NCBI GenBank assembly: GCA_964016885.1
Contig: OZ024743.1
Span: forward strand, 157,976,001-158,040,000
From: Eledone cirrhosa
Lineage: Eukaryota
DNA length: 64,000 nucleotides
Direction of reading: 5' to 3'
How positions within the stretch are numbered: position 1 is the stretch's first letter; every line of letters begins with the position of its first letter. The position numbers and the translations under genes are program-made. The notes under the pieces are model-generated. The model was not told the origin of the DNA. It did not search any database and saw only the letters and a list, made by a program, of their open reading frames with translations. This document shows, in pieces, positions 26,867 to 40,815 of this stretch.

Positions 26867-27369
26867 ATATTATTTGATTTAAATGTGTAGAGTAATGTTT
26901 AGAAATGAATAAGAACTACAGATCATCTATTGTGATTACTCATACTTTTTTGCCATAAAAGCAAATTGTCAGACCACATCATTTTTCGAATACGTACACC
27001 ATATCCTTGTGTGTCATAAAAGATGATTAAAAATGTTAGCATCAAAAAGGGTATGAGACCATAAAACACTGCCTCAAAATGCCCCATCCACTATATGCCA
27101 GCGTAGAAAAAGCACATAAATTTTAGGTGGTTATTCCTAGTTTAATTCTTAGTTTAATAAGTTAAGTTTTGATAACAGAAAATTAAAAAAGAAATGAAAA
27201 CTTGAGATCTATAAAAAAAAACAATAAGAGGAGGGAGGCTGAATGTATGAAAAATATGAGGATGGAAAATATAAAGAACAAGAAAAAGAAATTAAGAAAA
27301 ATGAAAAACTAAAAAGAGAAGTGAAGCAGAAAACATATCAATAGATGTACATGCATTTGTGTGCAGTTA

Positions 27370-27960
27370 GTCAGTTGAAGGTAGGAGACCCAGTCATATA
27401 AATGCTTCTCAAAGTGTCTGCACTTTCCAAATATTTCTGAAGTTGTGTTCAAATAGGATTTATGATTTTGTATGTTTTTAAAGAATATTCTTTTCACTAA
27501 TGTACAACAATCACATCTTTTGTTTCCATTCTTGTAATATTTAAATCTTTCAATAATTTTCCATTGAAGTTTATAAGTAAAAGCTTTTTCTATAATAGCC
27601 AAATGTAGCTGACTAATTTTGTCATGTTTCACTTTTTGATAAGTCTAAAAGAGGATGCTTGTTTGTAGTGTCTTCCCTTCAGTCTTGCTTTTGTATCCTT
27701 TACAAGCTCTATGAAAGCTTAGTTTTATAGAAGTAATCTCAGCTTCATAAACTATGGCTTCTGCATTGCAAGACTTACTTCATGTCTATGCATTGGTGTT
27801 TCTGTATGAAGAAGTGCTTTTGGTTATATTCATGAGTGCATGCCATATTCTGTTCTTTATATTAGTGATATAATTTTACCTTAATTTAGGACAATACATG
27901 TTAAAAAACCTTCTATATTTATGGTCAATTAGTAAATATTTATTCATTAAGGTTAGATTT
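27370..27960 (-). mobile_element. Penelope-like GIY-YIG endonuclease remnant
   Basis: LQWKII...KRCDCC...YLNTTSEIFGKCRH is the C-terminal pattern of Penelope-like elements. Confidence 0.6.
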
Positions 27961-28019
27961 TTGCAATATTATATACATTTAGTGAAAATAGTGATGCAAA
28001 CTATATATTACAACACATT

Positions 28020-29620
28020 TTTTTACATTTGGAAGGTGCAGGGTGTTAGGTGAATAGGTAATTCAACCCTTACATCTACTAATTAGTAAAGAAGTATTGT
28101 AGAAATCAGCTGCCTTATCAAGGTTTTCCTTAATAGAAGGAACAAAGGAGAGGGAGGACACTAGAGTTGATCCTGGGAAGGAGGGGGAATAAAAGCAGAA
28201 TCAAAGAAAGTTGAGGAGTGTATTTAAACCTCATAGAGGAAAAGTTAGCAGGCTGAAGATCAGATATATTTCCTTCTGTTTGAGCTTCTCATTTAAGCCA
28301 GTGTGCTGGTGTACACCACAGAGAGGTTGTCTGTGAAATGGCTGGGTGAGGTAAAATGGTAAGCTACAGGGTTGGAGATTTTCTAGAAGTTGTTACAGAC
28401 ATCAAGATGTTCCCAGAAATGACCAGTTGAACATTGACTGGTTATTTTATAGATATCAGAACAAGAATCAATAACACGTCAGTGTATAGTATATTGCAGA
28501 GTTTGCATATTATGCAGTATATCAGTATGACAGAAATACAGTTAAACTATTTGATCACATTGACCACAGAGTTGAGCCTAGTGGAAATGTGGTTTGAAAG
28601 ATAAAGGGAGAAATGGAGCATCAAGAATATGTAGATTCCAGGAAACTCCTGGCTGCAAAGTAACATTGGCTTTTATTTTTGTCTTTTTCGAAGGAGTAAA
28701 ATAGAGGCCCAGGAAAGATTGAAGCAGTTACAAGAAATAACTATAAGAGATTAAAAGTTATGGAGTGGCAGGATCACAGAATGAAAGATAAGGGAGAAAG
28801 GAATACAATCATAGGGAAAAAACGAGTCTATGGCAAGCAGTGTCCATGATGGTCTGCAGGTACTCACTTGGAAGGAAAAAAATGACTTTAACTTAAAATC
28901 AAAGACTTACCTACAGATGAGGCAAAACAAGATAAATTATGGACAGATAATGGCAGATTTGGTGAATGTAGGATGTAAAACAAAGGCTCAAAGTAGAATT
29001 GATAGTTAAACCAAAGTGGAGAGATGAATGGCGTGTAAGAAGTTGACAGAAATAATGTAAATGAATCCCTATGTAAGTTGGAACTTGTTAACAAAGAAGA
29101 TGAAAAGGATGAGTTGCTCTTTAGTGAGTGAGGTAGCACTGAGAGTCAATGATGTAAGGCCATAGAGCTCAGGGTGAAAATTTAACTTCAACATTGCCTA
29201 CAAAGACGTTGGCATCATTGGAACCCATCATGGTACCAATAGGTACTCTGATCACCTTTCCTTTTGATAGAAATCACCTGAAAAGGAGGAATAGTGAAGT
29301 GATGTGAAGGTTTTGGTGTGTGGTGCAGAGGTCAAATAAGAATTTATGGTCTAATAACCCATTGTCATGTCATAGGGAGGAGATGATGGTAAAGGGTTTT
29401 AACAGGCCATGGTGAAGAGGCAATAAGTAAAAAGAGTTGAAGAGTTGGAAGGGACTATACAGAAATTCAAAGGTTGCAATTAGTGTCAACATAAGTTTGA
29501 CATCATTAAGGTGAGAGAATGCTGGAAGTAAAGTGTGGGTGGAATAGAGTAAGAACTCAACCATCCTTTCACAAACAATGAAATTGTAACTTGATGGCAA
29601 CCAACAGATGAAGAAAAGGG
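28020..29620 (-). mobile_element. Highly decayed Penelope-like RT remnant
   Basis: Scattered motifs only (MMGSNDANVFVG, LPLHHGL). No intact frame. Confidence 0.4.
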
Positions 29621-29863
29621 AGAAGGAAGAGGCAACAAGAAAGCAAATGGAGGAGCTAGAGAGGGAAGAGGGAAGAAAACAGCCAGACTTTCAGACAACA
29701 CCACTACATTGATTGCTGTAAGCATTTGTTGTGATTATTAGCAGCTGACATGAAGGATAATTTTTCAGTATTTCTTTACTAAAAATAAACATTTCACTGA
29801 AGCAATTTTGTTAACACATTTTTTCCAAATAAGTTAATGCATATGTATATACTCACATATATT

Positions 29864-30272
<409 letters not shown>

Positions 30273-30668
30273 AAGATCAGGATTATACCAGCTTTAAACT
30301 AGTAAGACTATTATTTAGCAGAGTCCAAACGGCAAGAGCTCAGCTGACGGGCCCAGACTCTCTACTATCTATATATATATAATATAAATATAAATTCAGC
30401 GAGAATCGCATTATGGCAGGTAGAAAAAGTGAAACGTAATGCAAATTCCGAGTCATGCTGGCAAGCGCTCCATGGGCTAAGAAGACCAGAGCAATAAACA
30501 TAGGTTATAAAGGCCATACAAACTGAGAAGGCGGTCAAGAAGCCATTAACCACCTAAGTCAAAAAACAAGTCAAGCTAAACAGGTCAGACAAAATAAATG
30601 ACATATTCATATATATATATATATATATATACATATAATATATATATATCATCATCATACATATATAT

Positions 30669-31023
30669 GGAGGCACATGGCTTAGTGGTTAGAGCATTGG
30701 CCTTGCAATCGAAAGGTTGTGAGTTCAATTCTCAGACCGGGTGATGTGTTGTTTCCTTGAGCAAGACACTTTATTTCACATTGCTCCAGTTTACTCAGCT
30801 GTAGAAATGAGATGATAGGGACTGGGATCCATATCATTCCACTGCAAAGTTGTCGTGGAGGTGCCACGGCAAAAAAGCACCCAGCACTCACTGTAAATGA
30901 GGTTGGTGTTAGGAAGGGCATCCAGCTGTAGAAATCAAAGCCAGAATCAGTTCCCGTCCCACCCTTGCAAGCAGGGAAAAGCGGACGTAAAATGAAATGA
31001 TGATGATGATGATGATGATGATG

Positions 31024-31025
<2 letters not shown>
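30669..31025 (+). mobile_element. tRNA-derived SINE family 1, full length
   Basis: A box tggcttagtgg, B box gagttcaattc, ccttgagcaagacactt core, RTE-like tail with (GAT)n. Confidence 0.9.
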
Positions 31026-31054
<29 letters not shown>

Positions 31055-31060
31055 GAAAAG

Positions 31061-32765
31061 AACATTAGAAAAAAACTAAGCAATATTTGTTGAAGTTTGA
31101 AGAAATATTTATTATACAATAGGGTCTCTAACACGTATTTCAATAGTTAAGCAATTGCCTACGAAAGCTGGATTATTACTTAACCTACTATCTCGAACTG
31201 CGTAGTTAAAATTTGCATGTCATCTGAGAGATTCAGTCATGCTTATATAGTAAGCTGTGTACATACACAGATACAACTTAATTCTTTTCTTTTGGTTAAT
31301 TGATAAGAATTTTCCTTTTTACCATAGATACAATGGGATCCTGAACAGACAAACCACCTGACTTTCCTACAGAAATACAGCAAACCTAGAAAACTTTATA
31401 GCAGGACTAAATAATAAACATCTCCATGATTATAGTAAAAGTAACCCACAAGACCTGGACGGGTAAATAACACCTACAATAACAGAATTACTCAACCTAC
31501 CAAACTAAGCAATAACACACATATCTGAAATGCTAATTTGATAAGCAAACAAGTTAATCTTTCTCAATCAACTTACATCTCTATTAGTGCCTCAAACACC
31601 CAATCAAAAACAGACCCCAATCAACATACATGGAGACAGTGTAATTGTAGATAACCCAATAAATGCCCCTTAATGTAAAGTGTATGTTAAAAAACATTGT
31701 ATACCAGTGTGATATTAAAACAAATTTGGGGATGTATAAATACACAGGAAATACATCTAACATCTTTTTAAAAAAGACTATATGGATATACCCACATGTT
31801 CAAAAACCTGGACCTGCAAAAATCAATGGCACTCACAAAGAAAATCTGGGATATGAAACAGAATGATTCTATGGTTGATTCTATGATATACCTTGTTGTA
31901 TCAAAAGGAAATACAAAATTGCAAGCTATGCTCAACAGAAGTATTGGAGATTATGACTGGAAAAGATCTGTTAAACTCAAGGCATGACAGGATTTTTAAT
32001 TGCTAACATAGAACTCTGAGAACTTTTTCAAAATACCATCCATACTAACACAACATTCGATCTTGTATCTCTGCATCTATTTTCATATATCTCTTTATTT
32101 CAACCTGCCAATAATCCACTCCTCTCTCCACATCTGGCTTAGCACCCATTAATCAGCTGAAATAATAAACTTCAACTACAATGTGTCCTTATAATCTTTC
32201 CTTCCTTTGTTCTTGTCCCAATAAATTGTGTATACTACACTGCATTTTGTCTCTTCCTAACCATTTTAACAGATCCACGTCCATTGTGATCTACAATTCA
32301 CAACAACCTGTCTGAACAATCACAAAGTACACACATCTCTACTTGTTGCTACATCCATTCCGTCTCATGATGCTCTAACACAATCTATTGGCTACTTTAA
32401 GGTTTGCTTCCCACCCCTTCAACTTGTATGCCTATGTAATGTACGGATGGATATATATTTGCATATTTGTCTAAATTTACATGCAAATTATCTAGTATTT
32501 TTTACCACATACATCAAGGATGTATTTATGTATGTACATAACTTACTATATAAGCATAACCTCATCCACTTGACTTCAGTTTCTCCCGAATCACTCTGAA
32601 AATATGTAGAATTTGACTACGCAGTGCGAGATAGTGGATTATATAATAATCCAGCTTTCATAGCCAATTGTATAACTGTATGGAAACACGTGTTAGAGAC
32701 CCTATTGTATAATATATGTTTCTCAGAACTTCAACAAGTGTTACGTAGTTTTTTCTAATATCCTG
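31061..32765 (+). mobile_element. Penelope-like remnant with inverted terminal segments
   Basis: GIY-YIG-type CPLNVKCMLKNIVYQC...YTGNTSN...KKIWDMK. 31061-31214 is a diverged reverse complement of 32611-32760. Confidence 0.7.
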
Positions 32766-33139
32766 TTCACTCCCTGGAATACTCCTTGGAGCCTATGACG
32801 CATCTCGTATCATCAAGATATCTATGTTACACAACTTTATCGACTACATTAAACACAACTGACTGGTAAGTTCTCTCTCCCCTTTTTGTTACACACATTG
32901 TGTGCTTATATTTTAGACTAGAAATATTAAAATGTTTTTCTACCAAAAACTCTAAAATAGAAACAACACGCCTTTTTTTCTCCATTTAAAACCCACCCAC
33001 CCCCACTTAACCACCATATTTCTAGATTAATCAAACAATAGTAGCGCTTAAATGTCTTACAACCCTTAAATCTAGCATCACTATTACTAATATAAGGTAG
33101 AATTGCTGTGTGTTTTAATGGACTGTGAGGCAGCTGGAC

Positions 33140-33960
33140 TTGAAACTTCAGAGTACATCGCACTCTTCCAGTAAACTCCAAAATTGCGACCATTAATGAA
33201 AGCACAATAAGAGGAAGGTCAGGAGAGATTATTGAGATGTTAGAGCAAAAAAGAATGAATGTGTACTGTGTACAAGAGGGACTCTTTGTTATAAAGAACA
33301 ACACTATAAATTTTTCTCAGTGGGTAATGATTATAGGCTAAGTGGGGTAGGTATTCTGTTAGTTGATAAATGAATAGATAATGTTATCGCACCAAACAGA
33401 GTAAATGACAGAATCATTAAACTCAGGATAGTCCTAGAGAGAACAGCTGTAATTATTATATCTGCATGTGCACTGCAATCAGGACTGCTGGACGGACTAA
33501 AACATGATTAGTGAATGACAAGGAACTCTTAGTTATAGCAGGAGACTTTAATGGATATGTTGGACGACACAGTGATGGCTTCTATGGAATACACAGTGGG
33601 TATGTGTTTGGTGCAAAACATGAGGAAGGATCCAGGTTCCTGGAATTCTGTGATGCTAATAAACTGACAATCAGTAACACTAACTTCAAAAATCCTGACA
33701 ACCATTTGATTACATATAGATCAGGTGCACAAACCAGCCAAATACATTTCATCCTCACCAGAAAGTGAGATACAGTGATGGTTGTAAATACAAAGTGCCT
33801 CTCAGGTGAGTAATGCACCTCCCAATATAACCTAGTAGTCAGTGACTTGTTAGACAACAAACACAGAGACAGTGGTCAACCTGGAGGAGAAGAATATGGA
33901 AGTTGAAGGAGTGCTCAGCCTTTAACAAATTTAAGGAAAGACCAATAGAAACATTGCTTC
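33140..33960 (+). mobile_element. RTE AP-endonuclease remnant
   Basis: IAGDFNGYVG, LEFCDANKLTISNTNF, ITYRSG..SQIHFIL. Confidence 0.8.
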
Positions 33961-34094
33961 CTTGTATAATATGAGGATCAGCTTCTTTCCTTTTCTTTTT
34001 GAAAAAAAGAGAAGAGGAGGTGAAGAATGAGAGAAAGACATATGGAGAGAGAGAGTGAGTAACATATAGAAAATAGACATGCATATATACATAC

Positions 34095-34189
34095 TATTGT
34101 CTAAATAATTGGCTATCCATTTTTCATTTTCAGATTGTTGTTCTTCTTCTTTTTCACTATGAAAAGCATCATTCAACTCTTTTTCTGAC
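34095..34189 (-). CDS. OS9: OS-9 exon, 95 bp, phase 2-1
   Basis: tttcag acceptor, SEKELNDAFHSEKEEEQQSENEKWIANYLDN, gtatgt donor. Supplies the required phase 2 to 1 link. Confidence 0.82.
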
Positions 34190-36087
34190 CTGAAACATAA
34201 ACATAACAAAAATTCTATGATTATTCTATGGAATTACATATAAGCACATATTTACAAAGAAGCATTGACACACTCACACTCACATGTGGGTGTAGTGCAT
34301 GTGTATGAGTAAATACAGTTATATATAAATATACAAAATTAGTATAGCTTCATTTTATTTTCTGACCAAACAAAAAATTACCCTGAATTTTTTTAGTAGT
34401 ACAGTCTACCTTCTGATAAGCCATATCGAAAAAGATTGACCATGCCTGATGTATATTATAAAACAGTTACAGCTAGCCCAAAATTACGCAGTTCATTTTA
34501 CAATCACATAGTTCTATGTTTGATTCCATTGCAGAGAAGTTCCATTGTAGCCTCAGCCAACTCAAGCTTTAGGAGTGAAAATGGGGAGAATAAAACCTAG
34601 AGGAAGCCTATCAAATGGAATATAACGGTTTTGTGGGTTGTAGACCTAATCCAGCAGTCAGTTTAACACCACTTCCTGACCCATGGGTATATTCAGTACT
34701 GTGCATACTGTCGCAAGTGTTTGGACCATGTTTTGGCCTGACAATGTATGGATGTGTTGCTTCCTGTATGCAGCAACTCCTGAGTTTTGGTTTCTTTCAC
34801 CCCTTTTTTCCCCCCATCAACGTTCGAGACCTTGCAAACATCACAGACTCTGCCTCTCCTCTTCTGAGTAAGTCATAAAAAAACAAGCTAATCAATGAGC
34901 AGTGTAGGGGGTGCCTACAGAAAAGATATTCGGCCTTTAATAGCATGGAATAATGTTCATGTTAAAGGCTTTTAAACATCAATAGCTTAGTCCTTCTTTC
35001 TACATATAGGCACCATAGAAAGACAGTTTTTCAACAAGTTTAATAGTAACACATTGTTCAATGACCTATTGAAGTGTTATGAAACTGATAAAAATTTCTG
35101 CTGATAAATTGAGGACTATTATAGCAACATAGTCATGTCTGGTTAATAACTGCCTGTGACAAACTGATGATGGGTGACTATATCAGGGACAAATTTTAAA
35201 TGATGCCTAAGCCTGAAATGATTTTAAGGACTGGTGATTAGTTCAACTTTTATTTCTGGTGGTAAGTTGATAAGAGATAAATCACCTCCGGGATAAAACA
35301 CTAATCTATCACAGGTTACACTCATATTGATATGGTACCTAGTTCTGCTCAGAGACCAGAAAATACTTGCTGCAGATTTGAACAATGTCAAATGATTAAA
35401 CATTCTTTTATGCCCACTACATTAAGAATGTAAGCTTGCACTATGTTCTTCATGCAGAAGGAATCCCAGTGGAATATTTCACTTTGTGGCATATGTACCA
35501 TAACCACTCAGTCATCTCTTGCATACTGAAGACAAATTATCTATTAGTCATCAGTATTCAATTGTAAATTTATATCCATATTTCCATGCATACACAGGTT
35601 TGTCTAAATCCTTTTTTTGGTGAGTTTTCTACAGCCAGATGCACTTCCCGACACCAACCTTATTCTAAGTATGGTGTTTATTGCTGGCAATTGTTGAGAC
35701 ACAGTCATTATGGTGCAAGTTTATAGGGGACATAAACAATTATCATCACAAGTTTAGTAATCAGTGTCAATATGACATTTGGAGACAGTTTCTGTCCATC
35801 AAATTCACTCTCAAGGTATCATTTGGCTCTACACTATAGTTGAAGAAACTTTCCCAATGTTCCACACATGGGTAAATAGCCTAAGACCATGTGGTAATAA
35901 ATAGTAGTAAACTGATCAGTAGTTGATTGCCAGAGATAAACAACCAGTCACTAATTATTTGATGGTAATAAATTAGTGCCTGTTGTATTCTCAATCACAG
36001 TACTGAGACTTTTATCAAACAGAAAAGACTTTTTAAAAAAACAGCCAAACCAAATTGCATAGTGACAAAATATCAAAGAACACTTAC

Positions 36088-36511
36088 ATTTTAGAAGCAT
36101 GCTGAAGGAAATCACTTTCTTCTTTACTGTCCCTATCACCTTTACTATTTTCTACTGCTTCCTCTGTCTCCTCTTTCCTATCTACCTCTGTGTTTAAGTC
36201 TGTTGCTTCCTCTCCTCTCTGGCCTTTCTCTTTATCTTTCTCTACTTCTTCCTCCTCCTCATCCTCTTTTCTATCTCTTTCAGCAATGTTTTTATTTTTT
36301 GACAACAGAAATGGCCAGGTACGCCTCAAGCTCTTAGCCGGGCGTTGAGTTTTACCCGCATCAGATGCCTGTGAGGGGAATGCTTCATCAGTGGTAACAT
36401 CCTTTGAAAGGGACTTCTCCATCAAAGACAGCATCTCTTTGTATGCTGCTGGGTTCTCAATGATGATGATCTTTATGTCGACATCTTTACCATTTCCCAT
36501 TAATGATGCAT
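36088..36511 (-). CDS. OS9: OS-9 exon, acidic low-complexity region, 424 bp, phase 1-2
   Basis: ctgtag acceptor, DASLMGNGKDVDIKIII...EDEEEEEVEK...QHASK, gtaagt donor. Long open frame. Confidence 0.85.
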
Positions 36512-37899
36512 CTACAGAAAGGAAACATATATATTTAAGCTTCAATGGATTTTTCACACACAGTGGAATGAAGAAACTGATATTAAATATGAAAGAAATG
36601 AACAATATAAAGGAGTTAAATGATTTGTTATTGCTGTTGTCACTGATTAGGTGCAAGTTAGACCTGATTGAGATGACCTATGGTAGCCAACCCATTTTAT
36701 TTTCAGACACATAACCAACTATTCCACTCCACTCCCACCCCCTACACACACTAGCTGCTTCAAGAATTTAATCATATTTGACCCTGCACTGAGGGAGACC
36801 AAGGAAGACCTGGGCAAAGATTGTGACAATTAATCTCAAATTGCTGAATCTCAAAGCGGATGATGAAGATCCATATGTGGAGGGATTCTGTGCTGAAAAA
36901 TACTTGTCCAACCCATAAAAACATGAAAAAGCAGATACAAAACAATGATGATGATGACACATTTTACCTAGGACAACATTTTCCAATGTGAACAACACTC
37001 AAGACAATGAAAGGTCGCCTACATGCAAATTAAGCCCGTTAAAAATATCTGATAACACTCTCTCTCTCAAATCCCTCCTTCCAATCTGAAATAAGGAACA
37101 GAAACATTAGATAATATAGTCCTACACACCCTTAAAAAGACAAAGTGGCAACAGCTTGATTGCCTCTGATCACATGACTTCTCAGTCAGGATTGACCTGG
37201 GACAACTAACTAATAAAAACGAAAAACTAGCAGCATCCTACACTTCAGGAACTCTTTATTTATTTATCCAACCATAAAGTAAATGATCTGTACTGGAGCA
37301 GAAATTTGGGTTCTACACATATCCCTTGTTATACAATCCTACATTCACAACCACACCTCCGGAAGCAATTTCAGGATTCCAGTTGATAGAGAGACTATTT
37401 TTATGTTTAAATATCCTTTACTTTAATTTTCACTAGTTTTAATACATTTGTTAATGCAATACAATAAATTGTGTTGTACACTTCTTCTTGTCGTCAATCT
37501 ATGTTTAAAAAAAATGTAAACAAGTTCAATAACTTTGGTCATATTAAAATGTTTATAAGCAGTTGCTTCCCTTTGATATTTAATTTTCATTTTGATAACT
37601 TTATTACGTTTCGGCCAGTGTTTCTTCCCTGCAGGATGTTACTGCCGCCACTGATTACCTTCCTGAACATTACCATATTTTGACTCTGGTTCCTTAAGCC
37701 GAATATTGAAAATAAATTGTTATTTAACATGTCCGTACAAAGACTACTCTAAGTTTATAAATGATAAAGATAAAAACATGAAATTTACAGTGGAGTTTCA
37801 AAGCTAAATTTTTTAAAGAATATTGCAAATAAGTTAATTATATTTACATTTTGTTAAATGAAATAAACAATTTAGTATCATAGAATATGATCTCAATCG

Positions 37900-39500
37900 C
37901 TAGAAATGTTCAAGATGATACAGCTTGTAACAGCTGATGCAGAGCGGTTCACTTTACACTGTTTACATCCTATTTTTAGTTCCCTTCAAATATTCTATTG
38001 TTTGGAACACTGTTTACACGTTTCCTCCCCAAGTCTATTGGGCAGTGCATGGCACCCTGGACCACGGGACTGCTTCCAGGGACCTTTTTCTTTTATTAGA
38101 ATAGTCGCTGATTAGTTGATGGGCCAGATTCATTCTGAAACCAACTGAGTATATTTTTTGTCCTTGCCTTTTTTAGAGAGGAGCTTGTGATTTGGTGACT
38201 TTGTTCATCAGCACAAACGATGAAGATATAGCCACATCAACAATAAAATAAAACAGATATTTCTACCATTTGTTGGACTTCCTTCCAATGTAGTAGGTGG
38301 CTCTCAACTGGTCTGCATGGTCCACACCATTCATGTGCTCAGTATAATTTTTTTTATTGATCTCGGATATGGCACACTGTGGTATTCCCCAGACTATTGT
38401 TTTCGCGAGAAACTTGTCCTTCAGACTCGTGTTATGGTCTTCTTATCATGCAAAGCCATTGCCACTAGATTCTCCTTTTGTTTTTGAATCAAATAAACTT
38501 GTTTTTACTATTTGGCTGAAGTGATAGTTTTTGGCATGCCTCTTCTATGTTTATGTACATAAGTCCCATTCTGTAAAAGTTCCTCAAACAGTTTTACAGA
38601 CAGAGAGTAATTATCACACTACATATGGTGGTTTTGTCCCCCATATGTCTCTTGTGAGGTCCTTAACTTTCTCCAAGTCCTTGTTCTGGCTGATTTGAAA
38701 CCTTCCCAGTATAAACTTAGAAGTTTATAACCGTTGTGGAGATCAGCCTGCATCCACACTTTTATCCAACATTTTGTAGGCTTCAATGGAATGTACTGTT
38801 TGAAGACCAGTCATCCAGTGAAGGCAATCATAGCCTTATCAATGGATGTTTCACAGTGTGGGTTATACTCTGACTTCAGATTTTGACATGTCTGTTCAAT
38901 AAAAGACTATACATGGGCAAGTCTGTCGTGTCTAGGCTGGCCACAGGCTGGATTCTGGGTGACATCAGAAATATTGAATCAGTTTATCTAATCAGCGTCT
39001 GGTAATTAAATTCCTGACCCCTGTAGACTGAAACAAGTTATCTTTGAAGAAATACATGTCTTGATTTCCCATCATTATTTGAAAGGCAATATAGGCCTTC
39101 ATTTCAGATGCAATTGTGTTAGGCCACTTTGAATCGAGCCCTTTCGACTCAAATAATTTGGGATTGAATAATAGAAAGATAAATCTATTTCTGTTTTCTC
39201 AGAGTCTAAAGATTTCCTTTGAATATGTTAACATTAACCTCTGAGAACTGATCTCTCCATTCTAAAGTCAGTTTGTCATGACTACTTTTGTCTTGGTTCC
39301 TGTGCAAATTCATCGTCCATACATCTTCAACATCAGACAGTAAATCAATATCTGATAAAGTCTCTTCCTTTTCCAAATATATTTCATAGATTTTTTTCTG
39401 CTCCATCTACATCAGTTTCTATAAAGCCTTGGAAAATATAACCACTTTCAATATCTGACGGCATGTTTGTTTAAAAGAATTTCCTGTCTAAAATCAACAT
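37900..39500 (-). mobile_element. Decayed piggyBac (PGBD4-like) transposase
   Basis: SIDKAMIAFTG*LVFKQYIPLKPTKCWIKVW and YTEHMNGVDHADQLR. A possible terminus AAAGAG-TTAA lies near 41040. Confidence 0.8.
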
Positions 39501-39524
39501 GGTTCTGTCTCTCGCAGGTAATAA

Positions 39525-39720
39525 TAATAATTGTTTCTACTTTAGGCACAAGGCAATTACCCAGTGCATTACTGGTACTTTATTTTATCGACCCCGTAAG
39601 GATGAAAGGCAAAGTCAACCTCGGCGGGATTTGAACTCGGATCGTAAAGGGACGTAACTATCCTGGAAAGCATGGCGTCCGACCCTCTACCGATACTGCC
39701 AATCCACCGCCCTAATACAC
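39525..39720 (-). mobile_element. SINE family 2 with TSD
   Basis: cgcaggtaataataat direct repeats on both sides. Confidence 0.88.
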
Positions 39721-39726
39721 CGCAGG

Positions 39727-40815
39727 TAATAATAATAATGAAATGTTTGTGTACAGTGCTCAGGTGCACTACAAATCATCAAAGGTGCATGCATAGTACA
39801 TAGAATAAAGTTCAAATGTCAGGAAAGTGAACAGTGTATGAGTCATGGTATACATGTGTGCGTGTGTATGGAGGGGGGATATCAGGTGTAGTGTTGGCGA
39901 ATTTCAGGAAGCATGGAGGTTTTAAAGGATGCATTGTCTTGGCAGCTATAACTGATGCAGGTAGTTTGTTCCATGCTTCAGCAACTCTGAGCGTGAAAAA
40001 ATGTTTCCGAAAGTCAAAGGAGCTGAGCTGTTTTCCGACTTTGTAGGCATGCCCACGTGTGTTAGACACATGGAATTCAAACAGGTGCTCAGGGTTGTTG
40101 TTGGCAAGATGGTTAGTAACTTTGTGGGTGGTTACCAAGTCAGTTGCCAGATATCAGAGCTTCAATGTATCCACGCCCAGGGAAGCAAGGTGTTCAGAGT
40201 ATGGTAGATGCCTGATGGAGGGTATTCGCTTGGTTGCACGTCTCTGAACAGTTTCCAGGAGGTCAATGTTCTGAGCAAGCTAGGGGTTCCAGACTGGTGA
40301 TTTAAATTCTAAGTATGGTCGCACAATAGCTATATACAGCTTTAAATAGATAGCTGGAGAGCGACTAACAAAGGTCTTTTTGAGTGATGCCAAGACACCC
40401 TCAGCCTTCTTGACAATTTTAGAGATGTGCTTTGTCCAATGCAAATCTCTGCTGACAGTAATGCCCAGGTCACGTTCACAAGAAGACTTCTTGATATTAG
40501 TGTTGTGGAGGGAGTATGTGGACGCTGGATTTTTCCTCCCAAAATGCATGGTGGTACACTTGTCCACATCCAGCTTGAGTTGCTGGTCCGGGATCCATTG
40601 TTGCATTGGGTCCAGGTCTGATTGCAGGAAAGATCTATAGTGTTCAGGATCTGTCCTTTTTATCTCAAAGTACAGCTTGATGTCATCTGCATATTTCAGT
40701 ACTGTGGCATTCTTTAAGTTGGCATCTATCTCATTAACATATGCAACAAACAAAAGGGGACCAAGAACAGATCCCTGTGGTACACCAGATGACATCTCAT
40801 ACGGTGAAGAATGCT
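39727..40815 (-). mobile_element. 5'-truncated CR1-like LINE
   Basis: SGVPQGSVLGPLLF, KYADDIKL, RPYLEF, NTRGHAYK, FFTLRVAEAWNKLP, with a (TTA)n tail. Confidence 0.88.

Larger units (their letters stand above)
23184..27221. repeat. ~2-kb tandem segmental duplication (23184-25233 and 25234-27221)
   Basis: Near-identical sequence at an offset of 2050, then 1984. The junction lies in an A-run. Confidence 0.95.

Noticed and set aside
30669-30745. tRNA gene
   Set aside because: A and B boxes are present, but it is the head of a repeated SINE and I see no complete cloverleaf.
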